A stretch of DNA of 64,000 bases from Candidatus Poribacteria bacterium. GTDB taxonomy: Bacteria; Poribacteria; WGA-4E; PCPOR2b. The stretch spans positions 3,328,001 to 3,392,000 of the forward strand of contig OZ220744.1 in the NCBI GenBank assembly GCA_965116925.1, read 5' to 3'. Made by a program: the position numbers and the translations under genes. How positions within the stretch are numbered: the first letter of the stretch is position 1; every line of letters starts with the position of its first letter. This document shows, one piece after another, positions 50,897-61,330 of the stretch. Below the pieces are notes generated by a model. The model was not told the DNA's origin. It did no database searches and saw nothing but the letters and a program-made list of their open reading frames with translations.

Positions 50897-51502
50897 ATGA
50901 ATCAACGCTTGGGCATCGTCCCTATAGTCGTGTTCCTTGCAGGTACATTTCTTGCGACTACTGTGCAGGGGTGCGGTCCCACTCCCTATGCTGCCGGAAA
51001 ACAACACTATGCAGCCGGCAATTATGATGAAGCGATCGCCGCCTATACCCAGGCGATAAAACGCCAGCCGGCGAATGCGAGGGCATATTTCGATCGGGGG
51101 TTAGCCTACTATGACAAGAAAGAGTATGACCGTGCGCTGAGCGATTATAACCGAGCGATAGAACTCCAGCTTGATGATGTAGAGGTTTATAAAATGCGTG
51201 CGTCTTTTTACCATGAAAGATCGGATTATGACCGTGCCATTGCGGACTATACGCAAGTGATAGCCCGGCAACCCGATGACGGCATGGTTTATTTTGGTCG
51301 CGGTATAGCCTACTACGACAAGAAAGAGTATGACCGTGCCATCGCAGATCTTACCCACGCGATTGAACTCAAGCCTGATTTTGCCACTGCTTATTCGATA
51401 CGCGGACTGGCTTACTTTGACAATGGCGATCCCGTCCGTGGTCAAAAAGACTTCGATAAAGCCGATGCGATTCAACACCCCCGGCAAGAAACGGACGATT
51501 AA
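50897..51502 (+). CDS. TPR-repeat lipoprotein
   Basis: Lipobox VQGC; about 5 TPRs (AYFDRGLAYY...YDRA..DY). Confidence 0.9.
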   Translation: MNQRLGIVPIVVFLAGTFLATTVQGCGPTPYAAGKQHYAAGNYDEAIAAYTQAIKRQPANARAYFDRGLAYYDKKEYDRALSDYNRAIELQLDDVEVYKMRASFYHERSDYDRAIADYTQVIARQPDDGMVYFGRGIAYYDKKEYDRAIADLTHAIELKPDFATAYSIRGLAYFDNGDPVRGQKDFDKADAIQHPRQETDD

Positions 51503-51576
51503 TTGCAATAACGTTTTATGAGGCTTGAGTCAATATGAAATGGCAGTCAACTAAGATGAAAGGAGACTCAAATAAA

Positions 51577-52191
51577 ATGGCATACATCTTCGTTGTTATC
51601 GGGGTAATCTTGGTGCTGGTTGTTGCTTGGTTTTTAGTGGGTTGTATTCGAGTGCCGTCCACGTATGTAATTGATATTGATAAATTGCTGGACACTGAGC
51701 CGGAGATGTGCGATCAGCAGTTGACGAAAATAGCGGGCTGTCGGTTGTCCCATACAGATTACCGGCAGGAAGGGATCGACGATGCAAAGGGCACGACCGG
51801 CGATATTGCCACCATGACGTATGAGAAAGTTCGTGGCATTGTTAATAAATCCGGGAGTTACCCACGCATCGAGATCGGCTTCAATGCGGAGCAGCATTCC
51901 GAAAATATCACTGTGTACTTTGGCGAGTATGTTGACAGAATGGAAGCACTCCGGCGGGTGGGGTTTGAGGAGAAGGATCTTTTTGACTCAGGCTACGCAC
52001 CGTATAGACTGGAAACCTACACTCAGAAAAGCATCTACCTAATCTATGAAAACGCGGATTTTGCTGGCGGGATCTTTGCAGCACCATCCGTCGAGTGGAA
52101 AAAGCGCTACTGGATAAGTTGGGAGCAATTCGATGATGGCAGAACTACAGGGATAAACGTCCGTTTGTGGACTGGTACACCAGCCCGTTAG
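51577..52191 (+). CDS. Hypothetical membrane-anchored protein or lipoprotein
   Basis: AAGGAG upstream; hydrophobic N-terminus ending LVGC. Confidence 0.65.
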   Translation: MAYIFVVIGVILVLVVAWFLVGCIRVPSTYVIDIDKLLDTEPEMCDQQLTKIAGCRLSHTDYRQEGIDDAKGTTGDIATMTYEKVRGIVNKSGSYPRIEIGFNAEQHSENITVYFGEYVDRMEALRRVGFEEKDLFDSGYAPYRLETYTQKSIYLIYENADFAGGIFAAPSVEWKKRYWISWEQFDDGRTTGINVRLWTGTPAR

Positions 52192-52228
52192 ACAGACCCC
52201 GCGCTAAAGTTTATAAAATAAGGAGGCG

Positions 52229-53803
52229 TTGATGGGAAAAATAGAGCCGATTGAGGACGTTGGCCGCAGACAAGAAATACGGCAAATTTATAAACGCCTT
52301 ATTAAGTCAATCAATCCTCTGGAGGTCTTGTTTCAGCCAGAAATTGAAGGGTGTATTATGTTTTATCCTTTTGTCGATGGTGCTAGGCTGGAAAAAGGTC
52401 AATATGAGGCTGTCACCGCGGCTGCAAAACTTTTAGGCGATGAAGGTTTTGTCCTGTCACAACTCTATGGTGATTCCGGGCATCGTAAGATCTCTCCTGA
52501 TTTTGAATACAAAGGATTTCCTCCGACAGATGACGATTGGGTTGAGATAGATGGAGAAACGGTTTCCGAGCCGCATTGGTGTGAATTTCCAACGTATAAA
52601 GATTACGGTGCCGTGGGATATGTTCCCCTACTCGACCATGTGCTTTACTCTATTAATGGTTCTTGGGCGGTCGTCTGTGCGTATGAAGAACATGCCCTTG
52701 TCGGTGGTTCCATTGACTTTATCAGAGCTGTTGACCAAATATATCCACAATGGCGAATTAGCATACTAAAAATGATTGATAATTTAAGCAGAATAGCGAC
52801 AAGAGAATGGCCGCAGGTTAAACTGCTGTTTGAACTGATTCAATACTGGAAAACGTATCCCGCAGATGCGTGGGTCGAGACGGTCACGGACAAGTTGAAT
52901 CGCAAATTGGACGGACGGAGTGAAATTCGTTACGCTAATGGCGCCCGCCCTCAGCAAGTGCCGATGGGAAAAATAGAGTCGATTGAGGACGTTGACCGCA
53001 GACAAGAAATAGCGAAAATTGGGCAAAGCCTTTTTCAGTCGCAAAATCCTCATAAGATGACTTTTAAGCCAGAGGTTGAGGCGTGTCTTATGTTTCATAC
53101 CCTTGATGCTGACGATCCTTATTATCCCAATTCTCCGCTTGACTATCTGACAAGGGATCAATACCAAGCAATCATCGCGGCTGCAAAACGGGCGCGTGAT
53201 ACCGGGTTTGTCCTGTCCGATCCCCACGGTAGCTTGATGAATGACACCGATTATTGGCGGCGTACAATCGCTCCTGGGGCTGCCGCAGACACAAATTGGG
53301 CGGATCTGGAGCATCACTGGTGGTGTGAATTCCCGACCTATGAAGATTACCTTACAATCGGACCGGTCGGCATACTGGACGTTGCCCTGTTTTCTATTCA
53401 CGGACACTGGGGCGTTTTCACTTCAACTGGAGGGTATACCGTTGTAGGTGGGAATATAGATTTTATTCGTCATGTAGACAAAATGTATCCCGCATGGCGA
53501 AACGAAGTGATGGAACGGATTGATAATTGGGAAGGACAGATCAAAAGAGATGATCCGAGGGTTAATCTGTTGATTGAACTACTCGAATACTGGAAACGGT
53601 ATCCCGCAGATGAGTGGGTCGAGACAGTCGCTGACAAGTTGAGTCGCAAATTGGAATATAGGGTCGCCCCTTTTTTCCGTGCATTTTATTTAACTGTGTC
53701 GCACGGTCTCTTAATCTTGACCGAGCAGAACTTTGTAGAATCTTTTCGTGGCTTGATGTGGTCCAAATCTATTGTCTCCTTTTTTCCCCGGTGCGACAAA
53801 TAG
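52229..53803 (+). CDS. Hypothetical protein made of two tandem homologous domains
   Basis: MGKIEPIEDVGRRQEI vs MGKIESIEDVDRRQEI; WCEFPTY twice; YWK.YPAD.WVETV.DKL.RKL twice. Confidence 0.75.
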   Translation: MMGKIEPIEDVGRRQEIRQIYKRLIKSINPLEVLFQPEIEGCIMFYPFVDGARLEKGQYEAVTAAAKLLGDEGFVLSQLYGDSGHRKISPDFEYKGFPPTDDDWVEIDGETVSEPHWCEFPTYKDYGAVGYVPLLDHVLYSINGSWAVVCAYEEHALVGGSIDFIRAVDQIYPQWRISILKMIDNLSRIATREWPQVKLLFELIQYWKTYPADAWVETVTDKLNRKLDGRSEIRYANGARPQQVPMGKIESIEDVDRRQEIAKIGQSLFQSQNPHKMTFKPEVEACLMFHTLDADDPYYPNSPLDYLTRDQYQAIIAAAKRARDTGFVLSDPHGSLMNDTDYWRRTIAPGAAADTNWADLEHHWWCEFPTYEDYLTIGPVGILDVALFSIHGHWGVFTSTGGYTVVGGNIDFIRHVDKMYPAWRNEVMERIDNWEGQIKRDDPRVNLLIELLEYWKRYPADEWVETVADKLSRKLEYRVAPFFRAFYLTVSHGLLILTEQNFVESFRGLMWSKSIVSFFPRCDK

Positions 53804-53893
53804 AAAGATCACCCCCACGATAAACAGCCCCAGAAACAGCCAATAGAAAGAACCGATACGAGTGGGTATAAAAGCGTTAAAATCAGAACTCAA
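53711..53893 (-). pseudogene. Possible 3' remnant of a DUF805-like membrane gene cut by a MITE
   Basis: Hydrophobic helix then PGKKGDNRFGP, similar to the DUF805 C-terminal G..G.NR(Y/F)GP motif; 5' side abuts the MITE at 53895. Confidence 0.4.
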
Positions 53894-53894
53894 T

Positions 53895-54071
53895 CTAGTA
53901 CATTGTCAGATAAATGTAGAGCAAACTGTTAGTTTGCGGACTCGGATCACAATCTAACAGATTGTGGTACAAAAGCCTCTGTTAGATACTTCCCCCCACA
54001 AAGCGGCTTGGCTATGGCTATCCAAGCCGAGCGGTGAGTGCCTTATCATGATTTATTTGACGGAGCACTAG
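53895..54071. mobile_element. CTAG-bounded MITE (about 177 bp); inverted copy at 60127-60302
   Basis: ctagtacattgtcagataaat ... atttatttgacggagcactag; the reverse complement matches 60127-60302 along its length. Confidence 0.85.
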
Positions 54072-54199
54072 TGTTTTTATGTAATGATGCGTTTAAAAAT
54101 AAAAACAACACTAAAGGTAGGAGCGGAGGATTTGATTCAGATCAGGAAATTAGAGACACATCAACCGACAACGTAATGTCGAGATAAATGGAGGTCAAA

Positions 54200-56569
54200 A
54201 TGCAAAACCGTAGACGGTCGTTCTTTTTGATGGGTATTATTATCTTTTTGGTGGTGGGTGCGCTTGAAGCGTATGTAGTGCGTCACTTTGAAGGGACAGA
54301 CGACACTCTGGATATCTTTATCCTCCGACTTGGTGATGAGCATGATCGTCAAGAAGCGATTGCGGCGATCAAAAGGTTGGATGTGCCTGATGACAAGATA
54401 GTGTTAGCGTGGGCGAATCTTGCGAGGTTATTAATTAAGAGTCGAATAATGGAGGAAGGGTCTGATCAACTCAGCCATTGGGAGCAAACGACAGATGCAG
54501 TTTTTGGGTTAATAGACGTTGATAAGGCATTGGCGGGATTGCTACATTTGTCGGAAAGTGGCAACAGAGATGAATCAATCCTTGCGCGGTATGCTATCAA
54601 GGTGATTACCGATAGACTGAGGAACGCTGCTGTGGAACCGGTTCCCGGCACGGTTTCACACTTTGAAGGCACCGGCGAAACTCTGGATAGCTTTATTCTC
54701 CGACTTGGTAGTGACCATGAGCATGTTCGTCAAGAAGCGATTGCGGCGATCGAAAGACTAGATGTGCCTGATGACAAGATAGTGTTGGCGTGGGCGAATC
54801 TTACGAGGTTATTAGGTAGAGGCGGGCTGCTCCCTTATCTCCGTTGGGAGCAGATAGATGGAGTTTTAGGTTTAATAGACCTTAATAAGGCATTGGCGGG
54901 ATTGCTAGATTCGTTGAAAGGTGACAACAGAGATGAATCAATCCTTGCGCGGTTTGCTATCAAGGAGATCGCCTTTGGACTGAGGAACGCTACTCTGGAA
55001 CCGCCCCCCGGCACGGTTCCGTTGCTCGTCGAGGCACTCCAAGATGAAGACGTGCATATCCGTGAAATTGTGTCTCACCTCTTAGCGGATATACCGAGCC
55101 ACGCTTTAGCGAACATACCGAGCGAGGCTAAAGCCGCTGTGCCGAAATTAATCCATGTACTGACCGATGAAAGTGAAGATGTCCGATCCGCTATTGTTTA
55201 CGCATTAGGAAATATTGCTGTCGCGACGCCGGGGGTTCAGCTTAAAATTACCGAGAAATTGATCGAAGTGCTGAACGCTCCCAACTTTGTTATCTACGGG
55301 CATCGCCAGGACAGCAACTTTCATGTCCGAGTGGCGGAGCACCTTGCATCTATTGGTCCTGCGGCGGTGCCATCGTTACTCAAGGCTCTGAACGCGACAG
55401 ACGCTGGCGTACGGCATCATGCGGCAATTGCTTTGGCAAAAATGGATTCCCAAACCGCTGAAGTGACCATGCCGATCCTCATTCAAGCATTGGCATCTCC
55501 CCATCCTTATACACGGTGGACAGCTGTCTACGCGCTGGTGAAGATGGCAAGGCAGCCGACGCGCGTTAATCAGATTGTACAAGCCCTCGGGCAGGTGTTA
55601 GCCGGACCTGAAGATACGGTTGAAAATCGGGTTGCCCGACCCGAGGCAGCTTACACATTAAGAGGGATTGCAGTTGAGATTCCAGCGGTTCAGCTTGAAA
55701 TTACTGAGAAACTGATTGCAGCACTCCACACGCCCAACTTTGTGTCGGGGCATTTCGGTGACGACCGTAGCGATCTGAGCAATTTTCACGTTGACGTGGC
55801 GAACAGACTTGCGTCTATACGGTCTACTGCGGTGCCATCATTACTCAAGGCTTTGAACGCAGCAGATGCTGGCGTGCGGCATCATGCGGCAATTGCATTG
55901 GCACACATCCATTCCCAAACCGATGAAAAGATCATTCCGATCATTCCGATACTGACCGAAGCATTAGCGTCGCCATATCTTCATACGCGGGCAGCTGCTG
56001 TCGCCGCATTAACAAGATTGGGAGAGCGACCAACGCTTGTTGGTCAGATTGCGCCAATTTTTGTGAAGGTGTTGGAAACTACGATAGATACGGAACCGAT
56101 ATATTACGATTTGACGTTTCATGACATCGTTGCAGATGCCTTGGTTTCCATAGATCTATCAGAAACAATCAAGGTGCTTCGGTCTGAAAACCCTTATGTG
56201 CAGGGACCCGTCGTTGCTGCTATCGCGCCGAAGAACGGTCCGGCGGTGGACGAGGCGGTGCCGATAGTCATCGAACTGTTATGTAGTGATAATAGATATG
56301 TCCGTCAAGCAGCAGCTGAAACCCTAATTCAGTTGCGCCAATTTTCGACCGATGATTTGATTGCCGCCCTCACCGACGAAAACGGATGTATTCGCACACG
56401 GGCAGCGATAGTTCTCGTTGAAATGGGACCGCAGGCGATGGCTGTGCTAGCAGCGACACTGCCAAATCAATCACCAGAGACCAATCGGCAAATCATAGAA
56501 ATCCTTGAAACAGTTGCGACGCCAGCAGTTCGGAAGGCGATTTCTGCCCTCCAACGCTCTGGGCAGTAA
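54200..56569 (+). CDS. Membrane-anchored HEAT-repeat protein with internal duplications
   Basis: N-terminal TM; duplicated HFEGT..LD.FILRLG...WANL block; HEAT-like AVPSLLKAL...VRHHAAIALA repeats. Confidence 0.88.
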   Translation: MQNRRRSFFLMGIIIFLVVGALEAYVVRHFEGTDDTLDIFILRLGDEHDRQEAIAAIKRLDVPDDKIVLAWANLARLLIKSRIMEEGSDQLSHWEQTTDAVFGLIDVDKALAGLLHLSESGNRDESILARYAIKVITDRLRNAAVEPVPGTVSHFEGTGETLDSFILRLGSDHEHVRQEAIAAIERLDVPDDKIVLAWANLTRLLGRGGLLPYLRWEQIDGVLGLIDLNKALAGLLDSLKGDNRDESILARFAIKEIAFGLRNATLEPPPGTVPLLVEALQDEDVHIREIVSHLLADIPSHALANIPSEAKAAVPKLIHVLTDESEDVRSAIVYALGNIAVATPGVQLKITEKLIEVLNAPNFVIYGHRQDSNFHVRVAEHLASIGPAAVPSLLKALNATDAGVRHHAAIALAKMDSQTAEVTMPILIQALASPHPYTRWTAVYALVKMARQPTRVNQIVQALGQVLAGPEDTVENRVARPEAAYTLRGIAVEIPAVQLEITEKLIAALHTPNFVSGHFGDDRSDLSNFHVDVANRLASIRSTAVPSLLKALNAADAGVRHHAAIALAHIHSQTDEKIIPIIPILTEALASPYLHTRAAAVAALTRLGERPTLVGQIAPIFVKVLETTIDTEPIYYDLTFHDIVADALVSIDLSETIKVLRSENPYVQGPVVAAIAPKNGPAVDEAVPIVIELLCSDNRYVRQAAAETLIQLRQFSTDDLIAALTDENGCIRTRAAIVLVEMGPQAMAVLAATLPNQSPETNRQIIEILETVATPAVRKAISALQRSGQ

Positions 56570-56744
56570 CATCGTCTTAACCGATGATAACCAGAACGTC
56601 CTGGTCCGCTATGAATATGAAGTTTTTGGCGCAATACGCAACCAAACAGGCACAAGCGATAACACCCGCAAGTTCACCGGCAAGGAATGGGACGCCGGTA
56701 GCAACCTATACATACTACGCCGCTCGACAGTACGACCCATACAT
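56552..56744 (+). pseudogene. Rhs repeat-associated core fragment (frameshifted)
   Basis: NALGSNIVLTDDNQNVLVRYEYEVFGAIRNQTGTSDNTRKFTGKEWDAGSNLY, frameshift, YYAARQYDPYI: matches Rhs core xLGS...Y.Y..FG...FTGKE.D..S.LYY..AR.YDP. Confidence 0.9.
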
Positions 56745-56758
56745 CAAGGAGAAATACA

Positions 56759-57430
56759 ATGAAAAATTGTCAAATAACCTGCACCCTCGTGTTGTTGATG
56801 TTGATAGTGTTGATAACAGCCTGTGGTGACGAGCAGGTTGACGACGATGATGTTGTCTATGACTTTTGCCCAGAGGGCGATTCGGAGGGCGAATTAAGTT
56901 CCATTGAAATAGGATTACTGAAAGCACTAGAAGCAGATAGGTGTGCCAAGATCACAAGAACCGACTTGGCGAATATAACTCATCTTGATGCATCTGTGGA
57001 AGGTTTTGTTGGTGCTTGGGGCGGCGTGGACATAGAGTTGTTGCAGTATTGTATCAACCTCCAAGTGTTGGATCTGAGTGGTATCCAGCTTAGTCGCTTC
57101 TGGGTACTAGATAAACTAAAGTCTCTACAGGAATTATACCTGCAAGACAACTTCATCTCTGACATCGACTCCCTCGGTGTTGTGCCCCAGCTCCGAAGAC
57201 TAAATCTTGCATCTAACCGCATCTGCGACATCTTTCCGCTTCAACAGTTGGTTCAGCTAGAGTACCTTAATCTCGTCGAAAACAAGGTTACGGATATAGA
57301 GCCGTTAGTAAATAATGTTGGGTTGTCTCAGGGGGACATTGTAATACTGGAAGATAATCCGTTGAGTGAGGTTTCGGTTGAACAACACATTCCCGCCCTA
57401 GAGGCACGAGGGGTCATTGTGAAGTGGTGA
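56759..57430 (+). CDS. Leucine-rich-repeat (internalin-like) lipoprotein
   Basis: Lipobox ITAC; LxxLxLxxNxIxDI repeats; C-terminal NPLSE...IPALEARGV. Confidence 0.9.
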   Translation: MKNCQITCTLVLLMLIVLITACGDEQVDDDDVVYDFCPEGDSEGELSSIEIGLLKALEADRCAKITRTDLANITHLDASVEGFVGAWGGVDIELLQYCINLQVLDLSGIQLSRFWVLDKLKSLQELYLQDNFISDIDSLGVVPQLRRLNLASNRICDIFPLQQLVQLEYLNLVENKVTDIEPLVNNVGLSQGDIVILEDNPLSEVSVEQHIPALEARGVIVKW

Positions 57431-57631
57431 GCCTCCTCTTCTTATCTGACACACAATTATGGTAGATTCTAAGATCCACTATAGATATGATGACCTTCCA
57501 CGACAAATGCCCTGGGATGAAGCACCAACAATGTTACAGCATTTCGGTCCTTTGCTCAATAATTTACACGATCCAATCAAAGAACTTCCGTTGGGAGCTA
57601 TTAAAGCGGGAATCGAATAATCGAAAGGTAA

Positions 57632-58399
57632 TTGACAATGAACTTAGTTAGGAACTGGAGGCAGATGAGTCTATATCCGTTACATATTTCTTCAATTGCA
57701 CTCCTCCTGCTCATAATCGCAAGCTGTGCAGAAACAGATGATAAAACAGTAAAGATTCAAGAGACAACAGATAACGACATGCTGCAGGTGACGGAAATCC
57801 ATATGCTGCAGGTGACGGAAATCCAGCCAGAACCTGGCACCTGGATTGGACCAGAAGAACAATTCACGGTTCGGTTTAGTACGCCAATTGTGCCTAATTC
57901 AGGCAATATCACATTCGGCGATTGGTCATTCAAACTCCCATATACCGAACCATCTGCCACAATTACGTGGAATAGATGTTTTACCCGATCTATACCATTT
58001 GACGAGCAGGTCACTTTAACGGTAAGTGGTTTTGAAGATGTTGACGGCAGCATACAAGCTGAACCATTTCAAGCATCTTTCCACCAAGCTGGTGTAGACA
58101 TTGCTCCCCCCGAAATTGTAACGTATCAGCCAATGGGTGACAAAGTAGATCCTGCGATCACAAGGGCAATTCGTGTGACGCTTAACCGTCCAGTGGCGCC
58201 AATCAATTTTGAGATTTCCCCGCATATAAATGGCACAATTCAAATCGCTAACGATGAGATTCAGTGCACAAGTATAGTCATTTACCATTTCATGGCTGAC
58301 GAGCAATTACAGGCTGATACGGAGTATCATATTGTATTACCTCTTGTCGATATAGTCGGCAATCAAATCACACACGATTTTCGCTTTGCGACACAATAA
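57632..58399 (+). CDS. Lipoprotein with Ig-like (Big_5-type) domains; start uncertain
   Basis: Lipobox IASC; VRFSTPI, LQADTEYHI...DIVGN...FRFAT; 24-bp tandem duplication (MLQVTEI twice). Confidence 0.7.
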   Translation: MTMNLVRNWRQMSLYPLHISSIALLLLIIASCAETDDKTVKIQETTDNDMLQVTEIHMLQVTEIQPEPGTWIGPEEQFTVRFSTPIVPNSGNITFGDWSFKLPYTEPSATITWNRCFTRSIPFDEQVTLTVSGFEDVDGSIQAEPFQASFHQAGVDIAPPEIVTYQPMGDKVDPAITRAIRVTLNRPVAPINFEISPHINGTIQIANDEIQCTSIVIYHFMADEQLQADTEYHIVLPLVDIVGNQITHDFRFATQ

Positions 58400-58570
58400 T
58401 AATCCGGGGGTTATTGCCGTGAATAACCAATGGTGCTAGTTTGCAGCTGTTGATAACGTAAAACGTGATGCGTGCAACGTAAAAATCATTGGTCCAGCGA
58501 TTCATTTAGCCCCAGTTGCTCTGAATCCCGATATTTCTTAACATGAGCCAGAACAGTAAGGAGGCATTCG

Positions 58571-59344
58571 ATGCGTTATAGGAGATTGAAATTGAGATTC
58601 GTGATTCTCTGTTGGTGTCTATTTCTGCTGATTGGCTGTCAGGGGGATTCGGGTGTCGAGATGCCTGTCGTTGACGAGATGCCTGTCAACGAAATCGAAC
58701 CGAAACCGACACAGCTTCTCGGATTCTCCCGATTTAGCCTGCTTCAACATCTGGCATTGGGGTTTAAGGACCCTGTGCTGAAGGTCAGTGTAGCTCTTGA
58801 GACAGAACGCCGGGGGGTGAGCCCCACCATTGATGCCATCCCCGCGTCCGTGCCCCCTGTCAAGCAGTGGAAAGTCCTGCGTAAGGATTTGCAGGTGGCT
58901 GCGAGCTATCTGGGACTATACCCCTACTACCGCAAACTCACCCCCCAACCCCTTAATTTAATCGTTTTTTATGAGGACGCCGTTGGCGTCCATCAACGAG
59001 TCATTCGCACGCAGACAGACCACATAAACGTAGATAGATTCCAGTTACACATCATCGCATCCTCCGTCGGTGATGGCAAAAACGTGTCCGTTGAACCGCT
59101 GAATCGGGACGGCATCCGTATCGACTTCACCGATCCGGTGATTGGTCAGGTTAGCATCAGACCCCTTGGTGGCGAGCCTCTCAATTGGATTTCCAAAGTG
59201 GAGGGGCAGACTGCGCTTTTGATTCCCCAAGCAGGCGAGGAGCTTGTTGGTGGAACCGTCTACATCATTACGATTAATGTTGAGACAAGTGGCGGAGTCA
59301 CTTTGGAACCAAATTGTAATCAAATCATATTTATTACAGCGTAG
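58571..59344 (+). CDS. Lipoprotein with C-terminal Ig-like domain
   Basis: AAGGAGG RBS; lipobox LIGC; IRIDFTDPV...LVGGTVYIIT...F.T. Confidence 0.7.
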   Translation: MRYRRLKLRFVILCWCLFLLIGCQGDSGVEMPVVDEMPVNEIEPKPTQLLGFSRFSLLQHLALGFKDPVLKVSVALETERRGVSPTIDAIPASVPPVKQWKVLRKDLQVAASYLGLYPYYRKLTPQPLNLIVFYEDAVGVHQRVIRTQTDHINVDRFQLHIIASSVGDGKNVSVEPLNRDGIRIDFTDPVIGQVSIRPLGGEPLNWISKVEGQTALLIPQAGEELVGGTVYIITINVETSGGVTLEPNCNQIIFITA

Positions 59345-59504
59345 CCCGTATTGAAGGCGGTAAAAGTAATGTCAAAGAAACCTCTCCCATTATCGAGCAA
59401 GGAGTCGCAAGATGCGGGAGTAAATTGTAGGTCGAGATTCACATCTCGACAAAACACCCGGACTCTACGGAGAGTCGCAAGATGCAGGAGTAGGAGGAAG
59501 ACTG

Positions 59505-60035
59505 ATGGTTCGTCAAAAAATTGGAATTTTGCTGTTAATCTGTCTCTTTTTGCTTTTTATCAAACAAGAGATAGCTGCTGAGACAGATTCAAGCCAAAAG
59601 GATGGAGCATTCGTCATCGCAGGTCAAATAGGCGGTGGGTTTCTCGCACAAGGTACTGGCAGCTTGATTGGTGTAACCCTCGTCTTTCCTTTTCTTATGA
59701 TGCTAGACGAACCAGAAGGCGCGGTATTGCCCTTCTTCTGGTTCGGCATAGGAACAGGCGGCATATTTGGATGCGCTGGTGGTGTTTATGCAGTTGGGGA
59801 GATATTTGGTAGCGGAGGTGGCTCTTTTAAGGAAACCTTAAAATGGTCATTATTGACGCCTATCGGTGCCACAATCGGCTATCAACGGTCAAAGCGGAAG
59901 CAGCCGCCCAGCGTTTCATTGGCTAACGGTAAATTCACACTCCACTTGCCAGCGGTGAGTATACAAAGTTCACGGCTCCCCTATCATCAGCCCCAAACGG
60001 ATTACATGGTACGGTTGGTCAATGTTAGATTTTAG
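59505..60035 (+). CDS. Secreted or membrane Gly-rich hypothetical protein
   Basis: Signal peptide, Gly-rich hydrophobic helices, terminal Phe. Confidence 0.65.
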   Translation: MVRQKIGILLLICLFLLFIKQEIAAETDSSQKDGAFVIAGQIGGGFLAQGTGSLIGVTLVFPFLMMLDEPEGAVLPFFWFGIGTGGIFGCAGGVYAVGEIFGSGGGSFKETLKWSLLTPIGATIGYQRSKRKQPPSVSLANGKFTLHLPAVSIQSSRLPYHQPQTDYMVRLVNVRF

Positions 60036-60354
60036 AATGTGCGATGTATGCTGTTGAGGTATAGAGAGGTTCCAAATGAAATGGATGAATGACTTTAACA
60101 TTTCGGCAGCGATTTTCAAAGCGATTGTAGTGCTCTATCAAATAAATCATGATAAGGCACTCACCGCTCGGCTTGGATAGCCATAGCCAAGCCGCTTTGT
60201 GGGGGAAGTGTCTAAAGGAGCCTTTTGTACCACAATCTGTTAGATTGTGATCCGAGCTCGCAAACTAACAGTTTGCGCTACATTTATCTGACAATGTAAT
60301 AGTCAAGTCGGTGACTTTGGAATTGGAGGTAACTCGGAAAAGGGAAGTGATTCT

Positions 60355-60786
60355 ATGGTATTGATAAAGAGACTGTTTGTTATTTTGGTCTTGATAGCAG
60401 GGCAAGGGTGTTATATCGAAGAAGAAATTTATCTTCAGACTGAGCTTCCGCCTAAGTATCTCCCTGTTTTTTTGATAAGCAGGGATGAGAATTTTCAGAG
60501 CCCCGGTGCGATAACCTATCTGCGGGTATATGTTCGCGGGGACGAGCCGTTGGAGGATAGAATATATTGGGATATTTCGGTGCCTTTAACGGGACCGCGT
60601 CACCGTGGATTTGGGAAACGAACACCCATGGAGGTCTCAAGAATCACTTACGGCATTCCACCATACTGGGAATTTGAGGAGGAGACCCCACCTCGAAAGC
60701 TGGAGCGCGGTGTTGAATATTGCGTTACAATATGGGGGCATGGTGCGTCTGAAAATCCAATTGACTGTTTTATCTATCGCCCTTAA
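60355..60786 (+). CDS. Lipoprotein, paralog 1 of a tandem pair
   Basis: Lipobox GQGC; shares LRVYVRGD...DR.YW and GVEYCVTI.GH...CFIY.P with the next gene. Confidence 0.75.
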   Translation: MVLIKRLFVILVLIAGQGCYIEEEIYLQTELPPKYLPVFLISRDENFQSPGAITYLRVYVRGDEPLEDRIYWDISVPLTGPRHRGFGKRTPMEVSRITYGIPPYWEFEEETPPRKLERGVEYCVTIWGHGASENPIDCFIYRP

Positions 60787-60810
60787 TCCGTGTAAAAGGG
60801 AACAGCTGAA

Positions 60811-61236
60811 ATGGTATCGATAAAAAGACTGCTCGCTGTTTTGGTCTTGATAGCCGTTCAAGGCTGTAGTGAAGAAAATTATCTTCAGGTCGCGCTTCAC
60901 CCTGACTATCTCCCTATTTTTTGGGTGAGCGAGGATGAGGATTTTCAGTCCTACGGTTTTATAACCTCTCTGCGGGTATACGTTCGCGGTGATGGTTCGA
61001 TAGCTGATAGAACATATTGGTATATTGAGGTGCCATACAGTGGACCGCATGACCCTCCTGGGAGTCGCACACAAACCCCCGTGAAACTCTCAAGAGTTAT
61101 TTACAGCGTTGTACCACAAGGATTTAACCAGAAGATCTCCGCTCGACCGCTGGAGCCTGGGGTTGAATATTGCGTCACAATACGGGGGCACCCAACCACG
61201 GAAGATCTGGTTGAGTGTTTTATCTATGAACCGTAA
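60811..61236 (+). CDS. Lipoprotein, paralog 2 of a tandem pair
   Basis: Lipobox VQGC; homologous to 60355-60786. Confidence 0.75.
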   Translation: MVSIKRLLAVLVLIAVQGCSEENYLQVALHPDYLPIFWVSEDEDFQSYGFITSLRVYVRGDGSIADRTYWYIEVPYSGPHDPPGSRTQTPVKLSRVIYSVVPQGFNQKISARPLEPGVEYCVTIRGHPTTEDLVECFIYEP

Positions 61237-61260
61237 TCCAAAGTATTTCTAACAATCAAA

Positions 61261-61302
61261 GGCAAGCCGCAGAGACGCTTGGACTTGTGGCTTGCCTTTT
61301 TT
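61261..61302 (+). terminator. Rho-independent terminator
   Basis: ggcaagccgca...tgtggcttgcc stem followed by tttttt. Confidence 0.7.
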
Positions 61303-61330
61303 GGTTGTGGTAGGCGTGTCGCCCCTACAT

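Noticed and set aside
56505..56829. ORFs 56505-56762 and 56584-56829 as independent genes
   Set aside because: They are two frames of one frameshifted Rhs-core relic.
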